A stretch of DNA of 64,000 nucleotides from an uncultured Lachnospiraceae bacterium (GCA_964531805.1 CAZHGE010000001.1:29205-93204); one strand, 5' to 3'; counted from the first letter of the stretch, positions 37,849-48,939 are shown. Numbers and translations: made by a program. The notes: a model not told the origin generated them from the letters alone.

Positions 37849-39273
37849 TTATATCGGATCCAAAGTTTCTACCCCATTTTCATCTTTTATAATGCGGTAA
37901 ACATATCCATTGGAAACGTCAACTCCGTATATTTTACCAGTCATGTTACGGGAATTATTTCCCTCTTGATAATATTCATAAATAATATGAAAAATCTTAT
38001 TTTCTACAATTTGAATGGAATTATATACATATATATTTTTGCCAGGCATATTTTCCAGATTTCCTTCGGAATCAAGAATAATTCCTTTTTCAACCAAACG
38101 ATGTTTTAATCTGTAAACAGACTCTACGGCATTATATTTTGTTTCCACTACAAGCTGGTAACTTCTTGCCACTACTTCACTGTAGACACCGTCTGCGCTT
38201 AGTGCAATAAAACGGTAGTTGGAAACTCCTTCCTTCATAGGTATCGGTTCACCATAAATATAACTTTTTTCGTCCGGCGTAGAGCCATCTACTGTATAAT
38301 AAACAGTACATCCTTCCGGAACATCAACGGAAATCATCTGTGGCAGATTAAATTGTCCGCTTTCTGGCATAATTTGTGGCTGCTGGGGTTGTGTACCTTC
38401 TATTGTATAGTTTGCTTCTACTACTTCACTGGCAAGCCCGAAATCATTGATAAATACAGCTTTAATCTGATATTCACCATAACGTAAAAATAATGGGGAT
38501 GTATATTCTATGCCGCCAAATCGTGGGTCAGAACCATCTAAACTGTAATAAGTTGTTCCGGATGTAGGTGCCTGAATCTTTAACGGTATTACATGATTGT
38601 AGTCCCCACTTTCATAACTGAACACCGGTTCCATTGTCATATAACTTTGAAACTCGGTTTTGATGGACTGCTCTCCACAGGAAGAAAGCAGTTTATTTAT
38701 TTCACTGTAATTTTCTTCCTTTTCATATATGGAAATAATTCTGGCATATGCCTTTTGATTTTCCGGTTCTTCATCAATAATGGCATAATAATGGGATAGC
38801 GCCTGATCTGTTTTTCCTGTCTCATACAAACAGTCTGCATATGCAATTAATAAAGATGTATCTTCTTCCATTTCTAAAGCATTTTCATAGTAGCCAATCG
38901 CTTTTTCGTAATTTTTCTGATTATATAAAAGCTGTGCATTTTCTACCTGAACAGCATAATATTTTTCCAAATACAGATTACGAATAAAGAAAAACGCAAA
39001 AATACCCAGCACAAGAAGACAGAAAATGGAAATACTCGCAAAAACACGACGTTTCATGTTTTTATTGGGTTCTATCTCAAACTCTGTCTCTGTTTCCGAT
39101 TCCATAATATCTTCTGAAACCGGAGCCATTTCTTCTGCTACTGCAGAAAGTGTCTCAATTATGCTATTTTCAATTTCTGGCTCAAAATCAGGAACAATAC
39201 GAATTTCTTCACCACACTTTTCGCAATAAAGATAATCTTTTTTGAGCGTCTCTCCACATTTTGGACACTTCAT
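37849..39273 (-). CDS. zinc-ribbon / TM / TPR protein with C-terminal Ig-like repeats (chitobiase C-terminal-like), function unknown
   Basis: Starts MKCPKCGETLKKDYLYCEKCG, then one TM segment (ISIFCLLVLGIFAFFFI). TPR-like helices follow (YEKAIGYYENALEM, TDQALSHYYAII, QKAYARIISIY), then two repeats containing YYSLDGSDP and YYTVDGSTP. Confidence 0.7.
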   Translation of the reverse strand: MKCPKCGETLKKDYLYCEKCGEEIRIVPDFEPEIENSIIETLSAVAEEMAPVSEDIMESETETEFEIEPNKNMKRRVFASISIFCLLVLGIFAFFFIRNLYLEKYYAVQVENAQLLYNQKNYEKAIGYYENALEMEEDTSLLIAYADCLYETGKTDQALSHYYAIIDEEPENQKAYARIISIYEKEENYSEINKLLSSCGEQSIKTEFQSYMTMEPVFSYESGDYNHVIPLKIQAPTSGTTYYSLDGSDPRFGGIEYTSPLFLRYGEYQIKAVFINDFGLASEVVEANYTIEGTQPQQPQIMPESGQFNLPQMISVDVPEGCTVYYTVDGSTPDEKSYIYGEPIPMKEGVSNYRFIALSADGVYSEVVARSYQLVVETKYNAVESVYRLKHRLVEKGIILDSEGNLENMPGKNIYVYNSIQIVENKIFHIIYEYYQEGNNSRNMTGKIYGVDVSNGYVYRIIKDENGVETLDPI

Positions 39274-39302
39274 AATACAACTCCTGTGATTACGACTTTT
39301 CT

Positions 39303-40973
39303 TTAGAATAATCCTGTAATCATTCCATCTGTGTCTACATCGATGGAATAAGCGGCTGGTGTTTTAGGAAGTCCCGGCATAGTCATTACATTACCTGTTA
39401 ATGCAACAATAAAACCGGCACCTGCAGATACATAAAGATCCCGTACCGTAAGTGTAAAATGTTCCGGTCTGCCCAGCAGTGTCTGATCATCAGATAAGGA
39501 ATACTGTGTCTTTGCCATACAAATCGGCAGATTGCCAAAACCTAAGTTTTCTAATTGACTGATCTGTTTTGATGTATTTCCAACAAAACTAACATCATCA
39601 GCTCCATAAATTTCTCTTGCAATAATGGATATCTTTTCTTTGATAGAAAGATTTTCATCATATAAAACTTTAAAATGACTTTCTTTTGTTTCTAAAGTAT
39701 GAAGTACAGTGTTAGCCAGCTCAATACCGCCGTCTCCACCCTTTTCCCATACTTCTGAAAGTGCAAAATCACAATTGCGTTCTTCACAGAAGTTACGAAC
39801 AAAAGATATCTCTTCTTCGCTGTCTGTAACAAACGCATTAAGCGTTACGATAACAGGAACATCATATTTCTGTAAATTTTCAATATGCTTTTCTAAGTTA
39901 CAGATACCTGCCTTCAAAGCTTCAATATTTGGTGTGGAAAGATCTTCTTTCTTTACACCGCCGTTATATTTTAATGCACGGATAGTTGCAACTAATACTA
40001 CAGCATCCGGTTTTAACTCTGCCATACGACATTTGATATCAAAGAATTTCTCGGCACCCAGGTCTGCACCAAATCCGGCTTCTGTGATAACATAATCAGC
40101 CATTTTCAGAGCGGCTTTTGTTGCTCGTACAGAATTACATCCATGCGCAATATTAGCAAATGGACCACCATGTACAAGTGCTGGTGTATGCTCTAATGTC
40201 TGAATCAGATTTGGTTTTAAGGCATCCTTTAATAACGCCGCCATAGAACCAACTGCTTTTAAATCACCTGCTGTAACAGGTTTTCCATCAAAATCATATG
40301 CAACAACGATAGCAGAAAGTCTCTTTTTTAAATCTTCCATATCGTTTGCAAGGCAAAGAATTGCCATAATTTCAGAAGCCACCGTGATAACAAAGTGATC
40401 TTCTCTGACAGTTCCATCCATTTTGTTACCAAGACCAACTACTACATTACGAAGGACACGGTCATTCATATCTAAGCATCTTTTCCATACTACCTGACGT
40501 GTATCAATGCGAAGTTCATTTCCCTGCTGAATATGATTATCCAATAATGCTGCCAATAAATTATTGGCAGAGGTAATGGCATGAAAATCACCTGTAAAAT
40601 GAAGATTAAGATCTTCCATTGGAACTACCTGGGCGTATCCACCTCCGGCAGCACCGCCTTTGATGCCAAAGCAAGGTCCTAAAGAGGGTTCACGAAGAGC
40701 AATTACAGCTTTTTTACCCAATTTACCAAATGCCTGTCCCAGACCAACTGTTGTAGTTGTTTTTCCTTCTCCAGCCGGAGTTGGATTGATGGCTGTAACA
40801 AGGATTAATTTTCCATCTTTATTATCTTTGATGCGTTCTAAATATTCGTCTGAAATCTTGGCTTTGTATTTTCCATACAATTCCAGTTCATCCATGGAAA
40901 GATCCAATTTTTCAGCTATTTCCTGAATTGGTTTTAAAGTTGCTTCCTGTGCGATTTGAATATCAGTCTTCAT
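39303..40973 (-). CDS. fhs: formate-tetrahydrofolate ligase
   Basis: [33 protein letters not shown] and a full-length FTHFS pattern. Confidence 0.95.
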   Translation of the reverse strand: MKTDIQIAQEATLKPIQEIAEKLDLSMDELELYGKYKAKISDEYLERIKDNKDGKLILVTAINPTPAGEGKTTTTVGLGQAFGKLGKKAVIALREPSLGPCFGIKGGAAGGGYAQVVPMEDLNLHFTGDFHAITSANNLLAALLDNHIQQGNELRIDTRQVVWKRCLDMNDRVLRNVVVGLGNKMDGTVREDHFVITVASEIMAILCLANDMEDLKKRLSAIVVAYDFDGKPVTAGDLKAVGSMAALLKDALKPNLIQTLEHTPALVHGGPFANIAHGCNSVRATKAALKMADYVITEAGFGADLGAEKFFDIKCRMAELKPDAVVLVATIRALKYNGGVKKEDLSTPNIEALKAGICNLEKHIENLQKYDVPVIVTLNAFVTDSEEEISFVRNFCEERNCDFALSEVWEKGGDGGIELANTVLHTLETKESHFKVLYDENLSIKEKISIIAREIYGADDVSFVGNTSKQISQLENLGFGNLPICMAKTQYSLSDDQTLLGRPEHFTLTVRDLYVSAGAGFIVALTGNVMTMPGLPKTPAAYSIDVDTDGMITGLF

Positions 40974-40991
40974 AAAACTCCTTTGCTATTT

Positions 40992-43676
40992 CTAAATGTA
41001 TTCTTCAATATATTGTTCAAATTGTTCCATGCTCATCAGAACCTTACGGGGTTTCGTTCCCTCTTCTTCTCCGACTACACCAGCTTCTGCCAGTTGATCC
41101 ATAATTCTTGCTGCACGATTGAATCCAATCTTAAATACACGCTGCAGCATACCAATGGATGCTTTATCCTTTTCAATGATAAATTTACCTGCTTCCACAA
41201 AATAACTGTCCAGTTCACTACCGGATGAAGCACCTGCGCCTCCGGACGAAGAACTGCCAATATTTTTGATTTTTTCTTCAATATCCGGATCATATGTATT
41301 GCCAATTGCCTGATTTTTTAAATAATCTACGACATCGGATACTTCTCCATCCGAAATAAATGCTCCCTGGATACGGGCTGGTTTTGTATAGCCCTGTGGA
41401 TAGAACAGCATATCTCCTTTTCCAAGGAGTTTTTCAGCACCATTCATATCTAAGATAGTACGGGAATCCACACCACTGGATACAGCAAATGCTACACGGC
41501 TTGGCATATTGGCCTTAATCAAACCTGTAATAACATCTACCGACGGTCTCTGGGTAGCAATAATCAAATGAATACCTGCTGCACGTGCCAACTGTGCCAG
41601 ACGACAAATGGATTCTTCCACTTCATGTGCAGCAACCATCATAAGGTCTGCTAACTCGTCAACAATAATTACAATCTGAGGCATCTTACGAAGATCTTCG
41701 CCTTCTCCTTTTGCCTGTAAGGTTTCAACTTGCTTATTATACCCTTTCAGATCACGGACATTCATATCCGCAAACTTTTTATAACGATCGGTCATTTCTG
41801 CCACACCCCAGTTTAAGGCAGCGGCAGCTTTTTTAGGATCTGTTACAACCGGAATCATCAAGTGCGGAATGCCGTTATATACACTTAACTCTACTACTTT
41901 TGGATCCACCATAATGAGTTTGACATCGTCCGGATGTGCTTTATATAAAATACTCATGATAATGGTATTGATACAAACGGATTTACCAGATCCTGTTGCA
42001 CCGGCAATTAACATATGTGGCATTTTGGCAATATCGGATACAACGACCTGTCCGCCAATATCTTTACCAACTGCAAATGCTATATTGCTTTGGAAATTTT
42101 TATATTCCTTACTTTCAATCAGATCACGGAATGCAACAGCACTGTTTTCTTTATTTGGAACTTCAATTCCAACAGCAGATTTACCAGGAATCGGGGCTTC
42201 AATTCGAATGTCTGCCGCCGCAAGATTCAATTTAATATCATCAGCAAGATTTACAATACGACTGACTTTGACTCCCGGCTCTGGCTGTAGTTCATAACGG
42301 GTAACACTTGGCCCCTGACTAATATCAGTTACTGTAACATTAACTCCAAAAGTCTTTAAGGTATTCTGCAAATGCATAGCCGTTTCTTTTAACTGTGAAG
42401 CAGAAGATCCATTGTTACCGCCTGTTCCTGGTTTTAATAAACTAACTGGCGGAAGTACATATTTTTTATTGGTATTTTCTGTTGCTTTTTTCTGAATTTC
42501 TTTATCTATAGAAGGTGCCGTTTTGGCTGTTTCTGTTTGTGGAGCCTTAGGCATTCTGGCGACAGGTTTTGGTGGTTCCACTTTTTCCATCTGAGACGAA
42601 ATATCTGGCTCTTTTTCCACTGCACCACGAATAGTAATCTCAGGTTCTGCCTGTGTAATCTCTTCCATAGAAGCCATAGCAGTTTTAGTCTGTTTAGGTG
42701 CAAAAACTGGTTCCGGCATACGATTATCCGCTGCTGTATGTATACGGATGCTATCCATTGAACCAGCAAAAGAGGAATCCTCATCATCAATACGTACCGG
42801 TCTTTGTGGGATATCGTTTACTGTGATTTCATGGATATCATCACGCAGATTTGCTGAACCTGTATTTTCTTTTAAGGTGGTGTTCATCATAACACCGGAT
42901 ACTTTTTTGTTCATTCGAAGAATCTTTTCAGCCTCTTTGCCAGATTCCTCAGCTTCTTTTGCATTACGCTGCTCTTCTCTGCGCTTTTGCATTTCTTTTC
43001 TGCGGATGTCCGCTTGTTCCCTTCGGTATGCCGCATCATCTTTTGCTGTGTGATATACCTTCTGTGAGCCTTCGCTAACTGTCTTTACTACGGATTTTCC
43101 TGTAATCAAAACAAAGCAAATAATCATCACTACGATTAACACTAAAATTGTACCAGCCATATCCAGTAAACTAAATAGGCCATACGCCAGAGAACCGGCT
43201 ATTACACCACCGCCTCCTTTATTTTCCGATGCATATTCGTAAAATGCTTTTATAGAATATTCTGTCATATTCTGCAAATTACCTGTAAAAAGTTCAATAA
43301 TCATTCCGATGGTAATGAACAAAATGACAGCCGCTGTCAATTTCATAGCAGCTCTGAAATTTCCTTGGTTAGATATTCCAAATGCAACTGCTAAAAAAAC
43401 AAAGACAGGAGCAATATATGCCATAAGACCGAAGATTCCAAACATCACTTTACTGATGGAATCCCCAACAGGTCCAATAATCCCAAAATTACATAAAAAC
43501 AATAAAATTCCAATTGCCAGTGTTATAATCAACAGTACTTCATTACTGATTAAACGTTCTTCATTTGTTCTTGTACGGCTGGCTGTAGATGTCCTGCCTT
43601 TTGTATTACGTCCACGTCCTGATGTATTTTTTCTACCGGAAGATGTCGTTTTCTTTCTGCCGGAAGTTGATGCCAT
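40992..43676 (-). CDS. ftsK: DNA translocase FtsK/SpoIIIE
   Basis: Basic N-terminus, 4-5 TM segments, a long low-complexity linker, motor domain Walker A GATGSGKS and a C-terminal gamma (winged-helix) domain. Confidence 0.95.
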   Translation of the reverse strand: MASTSGRKKTTSSGRKNTSGRGRNTKGRTSTASRTRTNEERLISNEVLLIITLAIGILLFLCNFGIIGPVGDSISKVMFGIFGLMAYIAPVFVFLAVAFGISNQGNFRAAMKLTAAVILFITIGMIIELFTGNLQNMTEYSIKAFYEYASENKGGGGVIAGSLAYGLFSLLDMAGTILVLIVVMIICFVLITGKSVVKTVSEGSQKVYHTAKDDAAYRREQADIRRKEMQKRREEQRNAKEAEESGKEAEKILRMNKKVSGVMMNTTLKENTGSANLRDDIHEITVNDIPQRPVRIDDEDSSFAGSMDSIRIHTAADNRMPEPVFAPKQTKTAMASMEEITQAEPEITIRGAVEKEPDISSQMEKVEPPKPVARMPKAPQTETAKTAPSIDKEIQKKATENTNKKYVLPPVSLLKPGTGGNNGSSASQLKETAMHLQNTLKTFGVNVTVTDISQGPSVTRYELQPEPGVKVSRIVNLADDIKLNLAAADIRIEAPIPGKSAVGIEVPNKENSAVAFRDLIESKEYKNFQSNIAFAVGKDIGGQVVVSDIAKMPHMLIAGATGSGKSVCINTIIMSILYKAHPDDVKLIMVDPKVVELSVYNGIPHLMIPVVTDPKKAAAALNWGVAEMTDRYKKFADMNVRDLKGYNKQVETLQAKGEGEDLRKMPQIVIIVDELADLMMVAAHEVEESICRLAQLARAAGIHLIIATQRPSVDVITGLIKANMPSRVAFAVSSGVDSRTILDMNGAEKLLGKGDMLFYPQGYTKPARIQGAFISDGEVSDVVDYLKNQAIGNTYDPDIEEKIKNIGSSSSGGAGASSGSELDSYFVEAGKFIIEKDKASIGMLQRVFKIGFNRAARIMDQLAEAGVVGEEEGTKPRKVLMSMEQFEQYIEEYI

Positions 43677-43714
43677 AGTTTCACCTCATAACATATCTAT
43701 TTTATAACCATACT

Positions 43715-43743
43715 ATTATAGCACACATGCCATTTTAGGTCAC
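43715..43743 (-). promoter_or_regulatory. candidate extended -10 promoter of ftsK
   Basis: Minus strand reads GTGACC (43743-43738), a 17-nt spacer ending in TGC, then TATAAT (43720-43715). This gives the TGnTATAAT extended -10. Confidence 0.5.
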
Positions 43744-43799
43744 TCATTTTATATGTTCTTTTTCTTTGTGTTTTTTTTGCTTTTTTCAGACAATTCCGA

Positions 43800-44459
43800 T
43801 TACTTTTGTTTAGAATCTGCTTCTTTTACCAGTTCCTTTAGTTTGCCGTAAGCTTCCCTGATACCCCCTACTTCATTAATAATTCCTTCTTTTACTGCCT
43901 GAGGACCAACCAGTACGGAGCCTACATCCTTGGTTAAAAATTCTGTCTCTAACATCAGTTCTTCCAAACGTTCTTTTTTAATATCACAATGGGAACACAC
44001 AAAGGATAATATTCGATCCTGAATTTGTTTGAAATATTCAAAAGTCTGCGAAACTCCAATCACCATACCATTAGTGCGTACTGGATGAATTACCATAGTT
44101 CCTGTCGGCACAATAAAGGAAAAATCTCCACTTACCGCTATTGGTACACCAATGGAATGACTGCCGCCAAGTACTAATGTTACAGTAGGTTTACTCAAAG
44201 AAGAAATCATTTCTGCAATCGCAAGTCCTGCCTCAACATCCCCGCCCATGGTATGAATCAGGATTAGAACGCCCTCAATTTCGGCATCATCTTCAATCAA
44301 AGCCAATTGTGGAATGATATGTTCATATTTTGTCGCTTTGGAGGAACTGCCCAGCACATCATGTCCTTCAATTTCTCCGATAATTGTCATCAGATAAAAT
44401 TTTTTTCGTTCCTCATTTTGTTCTAACACCGCCTGACCATGCTCTCTCATTTTTTCCAT
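43800..44459 (-). CDS. tepA: ClpP-fold serine protease paralog (TepA-like)
   Basis: Clp-fold pattern IIGEIEGH...ILIHTMGGDVEAGLAIAEMI...GGSHSIG...VIHPV. It lies immediately upstream of ftsK/spoIIIE, the position TepA occupies in Bacillus. Confidence 0.75.
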   Translation of the reverse strand: MEKMREHGQAVLEQNEERKKFYLMTIIGEIEGHDVLGSSSKATKYEHIIPQLALIEDDAEIEGVLILIHTMGGDVEAGLAIAEMISSLSKPTVTLVLGGSHSIGVPIAVSGDFSFIVPTGTMVIHPVRTNGMVIGVSQTFEYFKQIQDRILSFVCSHCDIKKERLEELMLETEFLTKDVGSVLVGPQAVKEGIINEVGGIREAYGKLKELVKEADSKQK

Positions 44460-44483
44460 AAAAAGCCTCCGGAATCATTATTA

Positions 44484-44518
44484 TCAAAAAAGGTAAGGAC
44501 CAATAAAGTCCCTACCTT
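44484..44518 (-). terminator. rho-independent terminator after the polytopic membrane protein gene
   Basis: Minus-strand RNA reads AGGUAGGGAC-uuuauug-GUCCUUACCU followed by UUUUUUG. The stem is 10 bp including one G-U pair. Confidence 0.75.
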
Positions 44519-44564
44519 ACTATTTGTAATAATTTAATTTTTATGCAAAATAATTTTCATCTGA

Positions 44565-45950
44565 TTATTCATAATCATAATCATCGTTTTCTACTTCTAC
44601 ATCATAATGCATCATCTCTTCTGTTGGTTCAAAAGCATATTCAAAGCTGCGTCCCACATGTTTTTTCGGCATTGGGAGCACATTTTCAATCATAGACGTC
44701 TTATCTTCTATTTTTACTTCCTCATTTACTACATTCAAAATGTCAGAAACACGGATCACACCAGTATCTTCCGGTACGCAATCTTCTTTTTGTCCAGAAG
44801 TATTTAAAGCAATTGGAATTTCTTTACATTGTCCTGTAAGAACCCTTGGTTTTGGCGCAAATATCAAACGTAAACTTTCTGTTCCCAATAAGGCTACCCA
44901 AAAGCCAATCAATATGGTCAGGAAAAATACCACATCATTTTCATAGAACTGTAATACCAATAATAATCCAGCCGCAAGTGCTGCCGGCAGTACATATAAA
45001 GATACAGAATCAGTTTTAACAAACCAAAATGTAATACAATACAATAATAAAATAACCGCCCAGATAAAAAGTTCTGTATACATTATAACAGTTGTTAATC
45101 TAAACCCGTTTCCAACTAAAAACGCCGGGCCATTTTGAAATAATACAGAAAATTTTGCACTAAACACAAATACACAAATACATATTCCCCATACTGTTGT
45201 CACAATATAGGTAATAAATTTGCTTTTCCAAACTTTCTGTAACAGGAAGATACAAACCATTCCTAATAAACTGATGCATAACCAGAAATTTGAAGGGCCA
45301 AAATCTCCAATCATGGAAGAAAAAAGCGGTGAACATGCATATACGAATGCAGGAATCCATGCATAAATTCCTTTTTGCACATTCCAACCTATTAAATACA
45401 GACTAAATAAGGATAGTACTTGAAAAACCAGTTGTACAACATCTAAAAGTTCTAACTTATTTCCCAAAAATAAAAATATAGTAGAAAGAACATCCATATA
45501 AATATTTTCAAATATGGATGGAACAAGGCTTACATTTCCTAAAACAGATTCCAATGCTTTCAAATCTTCAGGCATAAAACCAATTCGGGTCATTTCGTAG
45601 AAACATACCATTTGATCGCCATGTAATTCACCCGTTATAAAACTATAAAAACGAGTGTAACAAAACAAAACGGTAATACCAGCAAAAATGAAAACATGCA
45701 GACTTCTTACTACCCACTTATTCATCTTTGGAAGTTGTATTTTATTGAACAGATTACGAAGCAGCAGGCACGCTAAAACAACAACTGCAACTACACCAAT
45801 AGTATATCCAATCTGCCAACCAATTTGATCATAACCAAATATGTTGTAACACCGGGTCAAATTTATCACCGAATAATATGTAAATAAAATAGAAAATCCT
45901 GTGGCAATCAGCCACAGGATATAAGAAAACCACGTTTTCTTTATGCTCAT
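44565..45950 (-). CDS. polytopic membrane protein of unknown function with an acidic C-terminal tail
   Basis: 461 aa with about 10-12 hydrophobic segments and the C-terminal tail ...EEMMHYDVEVENDDYDYE. Its ATG overlaps the metY stop in a TAATG junction. Confidence 0.65.
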   Translation of the reverse strand: MSIKKTWFSYILWLIATGFSILFTYYSVINLTRCYNIFGYDQIGWQIGYTIGVVAVVVLACLLLRNLFNKIQLPKMNKWVVRSLHVFIFAGITVLFCYTRFYSFITGELHGDQMVCFYEMTRIGFMPEDLKALESVLGNVSLVPSIFENIYMDVLSTIFLFLGNKLELLDVVQLVFQVLSLFSLYLIGWNVQKGIYAWIPAFVYACSPLFSSMIGDFGPSNFWLCISLLGMVCIFLLQKVWKSKFITYIVTTVWGICICVFVFSAKFSVLFQNGPAFLVGNGFRLTTVIMYTELFIWAVILLLYCITFWFVKTDSVSLYVLPAALAAGLLLVLQFYENDVVFFLTILIGFWVALLGTESLRLIFAPKPRVLTGQCKEIPIALNTSGQKEDCVPEDTGVIRVSDILNVVNEEVKIEDKTSMIENVLPMPKKHVGRSFEYAFEPTEEMMHYDVEVENDDYDYE

Positions 45951-47233
45951 TAGATATTCTCCATAGCCTGTGCTAAATCATTAATAATATCATCAACATT
46001 TTCAATACCGACAGAAAGGCGAATCAAATCAGGAGCAACACCAGCTTCGATTAACTGTTCATCATTCATCTGTCTGTGTGTATGGCTTGCAGGATGTAAC
46101 ACACAGGTTCTTGCATCTGCCACATGGGTTACGATAGCTGCTAATTTTAACTGATCCATCATACCAGCAGCTGCGTTTCTGCCACCCTTTAATCCAAAAG
46201 AAATTACTCCACAGCTTCCCTTTGGAAGGTACTTCTGCTGTAGTGCATGGTATTTATTACCTGGAAGATCCGGATAATTTACCCATGCAACCTTTTCATG
46301 CTTTTCTAAGAACTGTGCCACTTTTAGAGCATTGGAACAATGACGTTCCATACGAAGAGGAAGTGTCTCCAGTCCTACATTTAATAAAAAGGCATTGTGA
46401 GGTGATTGGATAGAACCAAGGTCTCTCATCATCTGCGCTGTGGCTTTTGTTATGTATGCACCTTTGCCAAATTTTTCAGCATATACAATACCATGATAGG
46501 ATTCGTCCGGAGTACAAAGACCTGGGAATTTCTCTGCATGAGCCATCCAGTCAAAATTACCAGAATCTACGATTACACCACCTACAGTCATTCCATGTCC
46601 ATCCATATATTTGGTTGTAGAATGTGTTACAATATCAGCACCCCATTCAAATGGATTACAGTTAATTGGTGTTGCAAACGTATTGTCAATAATAAGTGGT
46701 ACATCATGATCATGTGCAATCTTTGCAAATTTCTCAATATCTAAAACAACTAATGCCGGATTAGCAATGGTTTCTGCAAATACGCATTTTGTGTTTGGTC
46801 TGAATGCTGCATTCAATGTTTCAATATCTGCATCCGGATCAACTACTGTACATTCAATACCCATTTTTTTAATGGTACATGTAAGCAGATTGAATGTCCC
46901 ACCGTATACGGTTGAAGACATAATCAAATGATCTCCCGTCTCGCAAATATTAAATACCGCATAATAATTAGCGGCCTGGCCGGAAGAGGTAAGCATTGCG
47001 GCTACACCGCCTTCTAATTCACAGATCTTTTCCGCTACATAGTCATTGGTTGGATTCTGTAATCTTGTATAAAAATATCCAGAGTCCTCTAAGTCAAACA
47101 ATCTTCCCATTGCTTCAGAACTTTCGTATTTAAAAGTTGTACTCTGGTAAATTGGAAGAATTCTTGCTTCTCCATTCTTTGGTTTCCAGCCGGACTGGAT
47201 ACAAATAGTCTCTTTTGCGTAATTGTCAGCCAT
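45950..47233 (-). CDS. metY: O-acetylhomoserine sulfhydrylase (aminocarboxypropyltransferase)
   Basis: Cys/Met PLP family with [14 protein letters not shown] and [11 protein letters not shown] (PLP lysine). Length and pattern are typical of MetY/CysD. Confidence 0.9.
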   Translation of the reverse strand: MADNYAKETICIQSGWKPKNGEARILPIYQSTTFKYESSEAMGRLFDLEDSGYFYTRLQNPTNDYVAEKICELEGGVAAMLTSSGQAANYYAVFNICETGDHLIMSSTVYGGTFNLLTCTIKKMGIECTVVDPDADIETLNAAFRPNTKCVFAETIANPALVVLDIEKFAKIAHDHDVPLIIDNTFATPINCNPFEWGADIVTHSTTKYMDGHGMTVGGVIVDSGNFDWMAHAEKFPGLCTPDESYHGIVYAEKFGKGAYITKATAQMMRDLGSIQSPHNAFLLNVGLETLPLRMERHCSNALKVAQFLEKHEKVAWVNYPDLPGNKYHALQQKYLPKGSCGVISFGLKGGRNAAAGMMDQLKLAAIVTHVADARTCVLHPASHTHRQMNDEQLIEAGVAPDLIRLSVGIENVDDIINDLAQAMENI

Positions 47234-47236
47234 TTT

Positions 47237-47965
47237 CTATTCCTCCCAGTTATGATATACAGACTGTACGTCATCGTCATCATCTAAAAGATCCAATGTC
47301 TTCTGTAAATTCTTAATTGCTGTTTCATCTGTTAATTCTACATAATTCTGTGGAATCATAGTTACTTCACTGGACGCTAATGCAATACCGTTTTCTTTTA
47401 ATGCTGATTCTACTGCTGAATGAGCATCCGGTGCGGTTAAAATTTCAAAACTGTCTTCTTCTTCGTTAAAATCATCAGCACCTGCATCCAATGCAATCAT
47501 CATCAAATCGTCTGCATCCATATCACATTCTTCTTTATCAATGATAATCTGTCCTTTTTCATCGAACATAAAGGATACGCAGCCCGGTGTTCCAATGCTT
47601 CCCTGTCCTTTTGTAAATGCACTCCTAACATTAGAAGCTGTACGGTTTTTATTGTCTGTTAAGGCATTTACAATAATTGCAATACCATTTGGACCATAAC
47701 CTTCATATGTAACAAATTCATAGTTAACATTGCCCGCATCACCAGCAGCCTTTTTAATACCGCGCTCAATCGTATCATTTGGCATGTTGTTTGATTTTGC
47801 TTTTGCAATAACCTGTGCTAATTTATAGTTATTTGCAGGATCCGGACCACCCTCTTTAACAGCTACTGCAATTTCTCTACCAAGGATTGTAAAAATCTTA
47901 CCCTTAGCAGCATCGTTTTTTCCTTTTTTATGCTTTATGTTTGCAAATTTTGAATGTCCTGACAT
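47237..47965 (-). CDS. yebC: YebC/PmpR-family transcriptional regulator
   Basis: The start MSGHSKFANIKHKKGKNDAAKGKIFTILGREI is diagnostic of the family. Confidence 0.95.
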   Translation of the reverse strand: MSGHSKFANIKHKKGKNDAAKGKIFTILGREIAVAVKEGGPDPANNYKLAQVIAKAKSNNMPNDTIERGIKKAAGDAGNVNYEFVTYEGYGPNGIAIIVNALTDNKNRTASNVRSAFTKGQGSIGTPGCVSFMFDEKGQIIIDKEECDMDADDLMMIALDAGADDFNEEEDSFEILTAPDAHSAVESALKENGIALASSEVTMIPQNYVELTDETAIKNLQKTLDLLDDDDDVQSVYHNWEE

Positions 47966-47983
47966 GATTATTCTCCTTTTGTC

Positions 47984-48904
47984 TTATGCTTCTTTATTTT
48001 CTGGCGGCAGTTTTGTTACCACTACACGCTGAATCATCTTATTTTCCACTTCAATTACTTTAAATTTGTAACCATCTAAAACAAATGAAAACCGTTCTTT
48101 TTCATCCGGTATTCGTTCCATTCTTGAAATCATATAACCATTAATCGTTTCCACTGGAACTTCACCAAACGAAATCTGAAACCGTTCCTCTAACTCTTCA
48201 AGAGGCGTCATACCATCTACAATGTATTTATTCGCACCCTTTTCCTGAATATGCCCGGTATCCTCATCGTATTCATCCATTATATTTCCAACAATTTCTT
48301 CTAAAATATCTTCTAATGCAATCAAGCCGGAAGTTTGTCCGTATTCATCAATAACAATAACCATTTGAAGTTTGGTCGCACGCATAGTTGCAAATAAACT
48401 ATCTACATTACGTGTTTCCGGAATAAAGCGGGCATCACGTAAAAGTCCCTCAATCTCCCCAATTGGCTTATCCAAAAGTGACATTGAACGGCTTAAACGA
48501 AAAGCATCCTTTAAATGAAGAATACCTACTATATGATCCAAATTCTCTTTATATACCGGAAATCTTGAATTTTTTTCATTTAATACAAAAGAAATGGCAT
48601 CCGATAACGTCATATCTGCATCAATTGCAGTTATGTTACTTCTATCCGTCATAATATCCTGAGCCTGCTTATCACCAAACTCAAAGATATTCGATATCAT
48701 TTCCGCTTCACTCGCCTCAATATAGCCTTGTTCATGGCTTTCGTTTACCATGGAAAGAATTTCGTCTTCCGCAGCTTTCTGCGCCAGTTCTCTTTCCTTT
48801 AAATACGAATACACTTTATCCAAAATGGTAAGTGCAAGGTCAACAGAAACAATTACAATCAATACGATCAGCATAGTGAACGTACCCGATCCACCATCAT
48901 CCAT
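47984..48904 (-). CDS. CBS-pair + CorC/HlyC-domain protein with a single N-terminal TM segment
   Basis: A CBS pair (IMTDRSNI...; LKDAFRL) and a C-terminal CorC_HlyC-like domain (GYMISRMERIPDEKERFSF..YKFKVIEVENKMIQRVVV). Only one TM segment (FTMLIVLIVIVSVDLALTIL) replaces a full DUF21 domain. Confidence 0.75.
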   Translation of the reverse strand: MDDGGSGTFTMLIVLIVIVSVDLALTILDKVYSYLKERELAQKAAEDEILSMVNESHEQGYIEASEAEMISNIFEFGDKQAQDIMTDRSNITAIDADMTLSDAISFVLNEKNSRFPVYKENLDHIVGILHLKDAFRLSRSMSLLDKPIGEIEGLLRDARFIPETRNVDSLFATMRATKLQMVIVIDEYGQTSGLIALEDILEEIVGNIMDEYDEDTGHIQEKGANKYIVDGMTPLEELEERFQISFGEVPVETINGYMISRMERIPDEKERFSFVLDGYKFKVIEVENKMIQRVVVTKLPPENKEA

Positions 48905-48939
48905 AAAATTAACTCCTTTTTGCTTACATAATCGTCATA

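Noticed and set aside
45950-47300. Possible T-box or SAM riboswitch upstream of metY, and similarly upstream of fhs and aroB
   Set aside because: There is no leader space: metY starts 3 nt after the yebC stop and fhs starts 18 nt after ftsK. The aroB spacer holds only a terminator.
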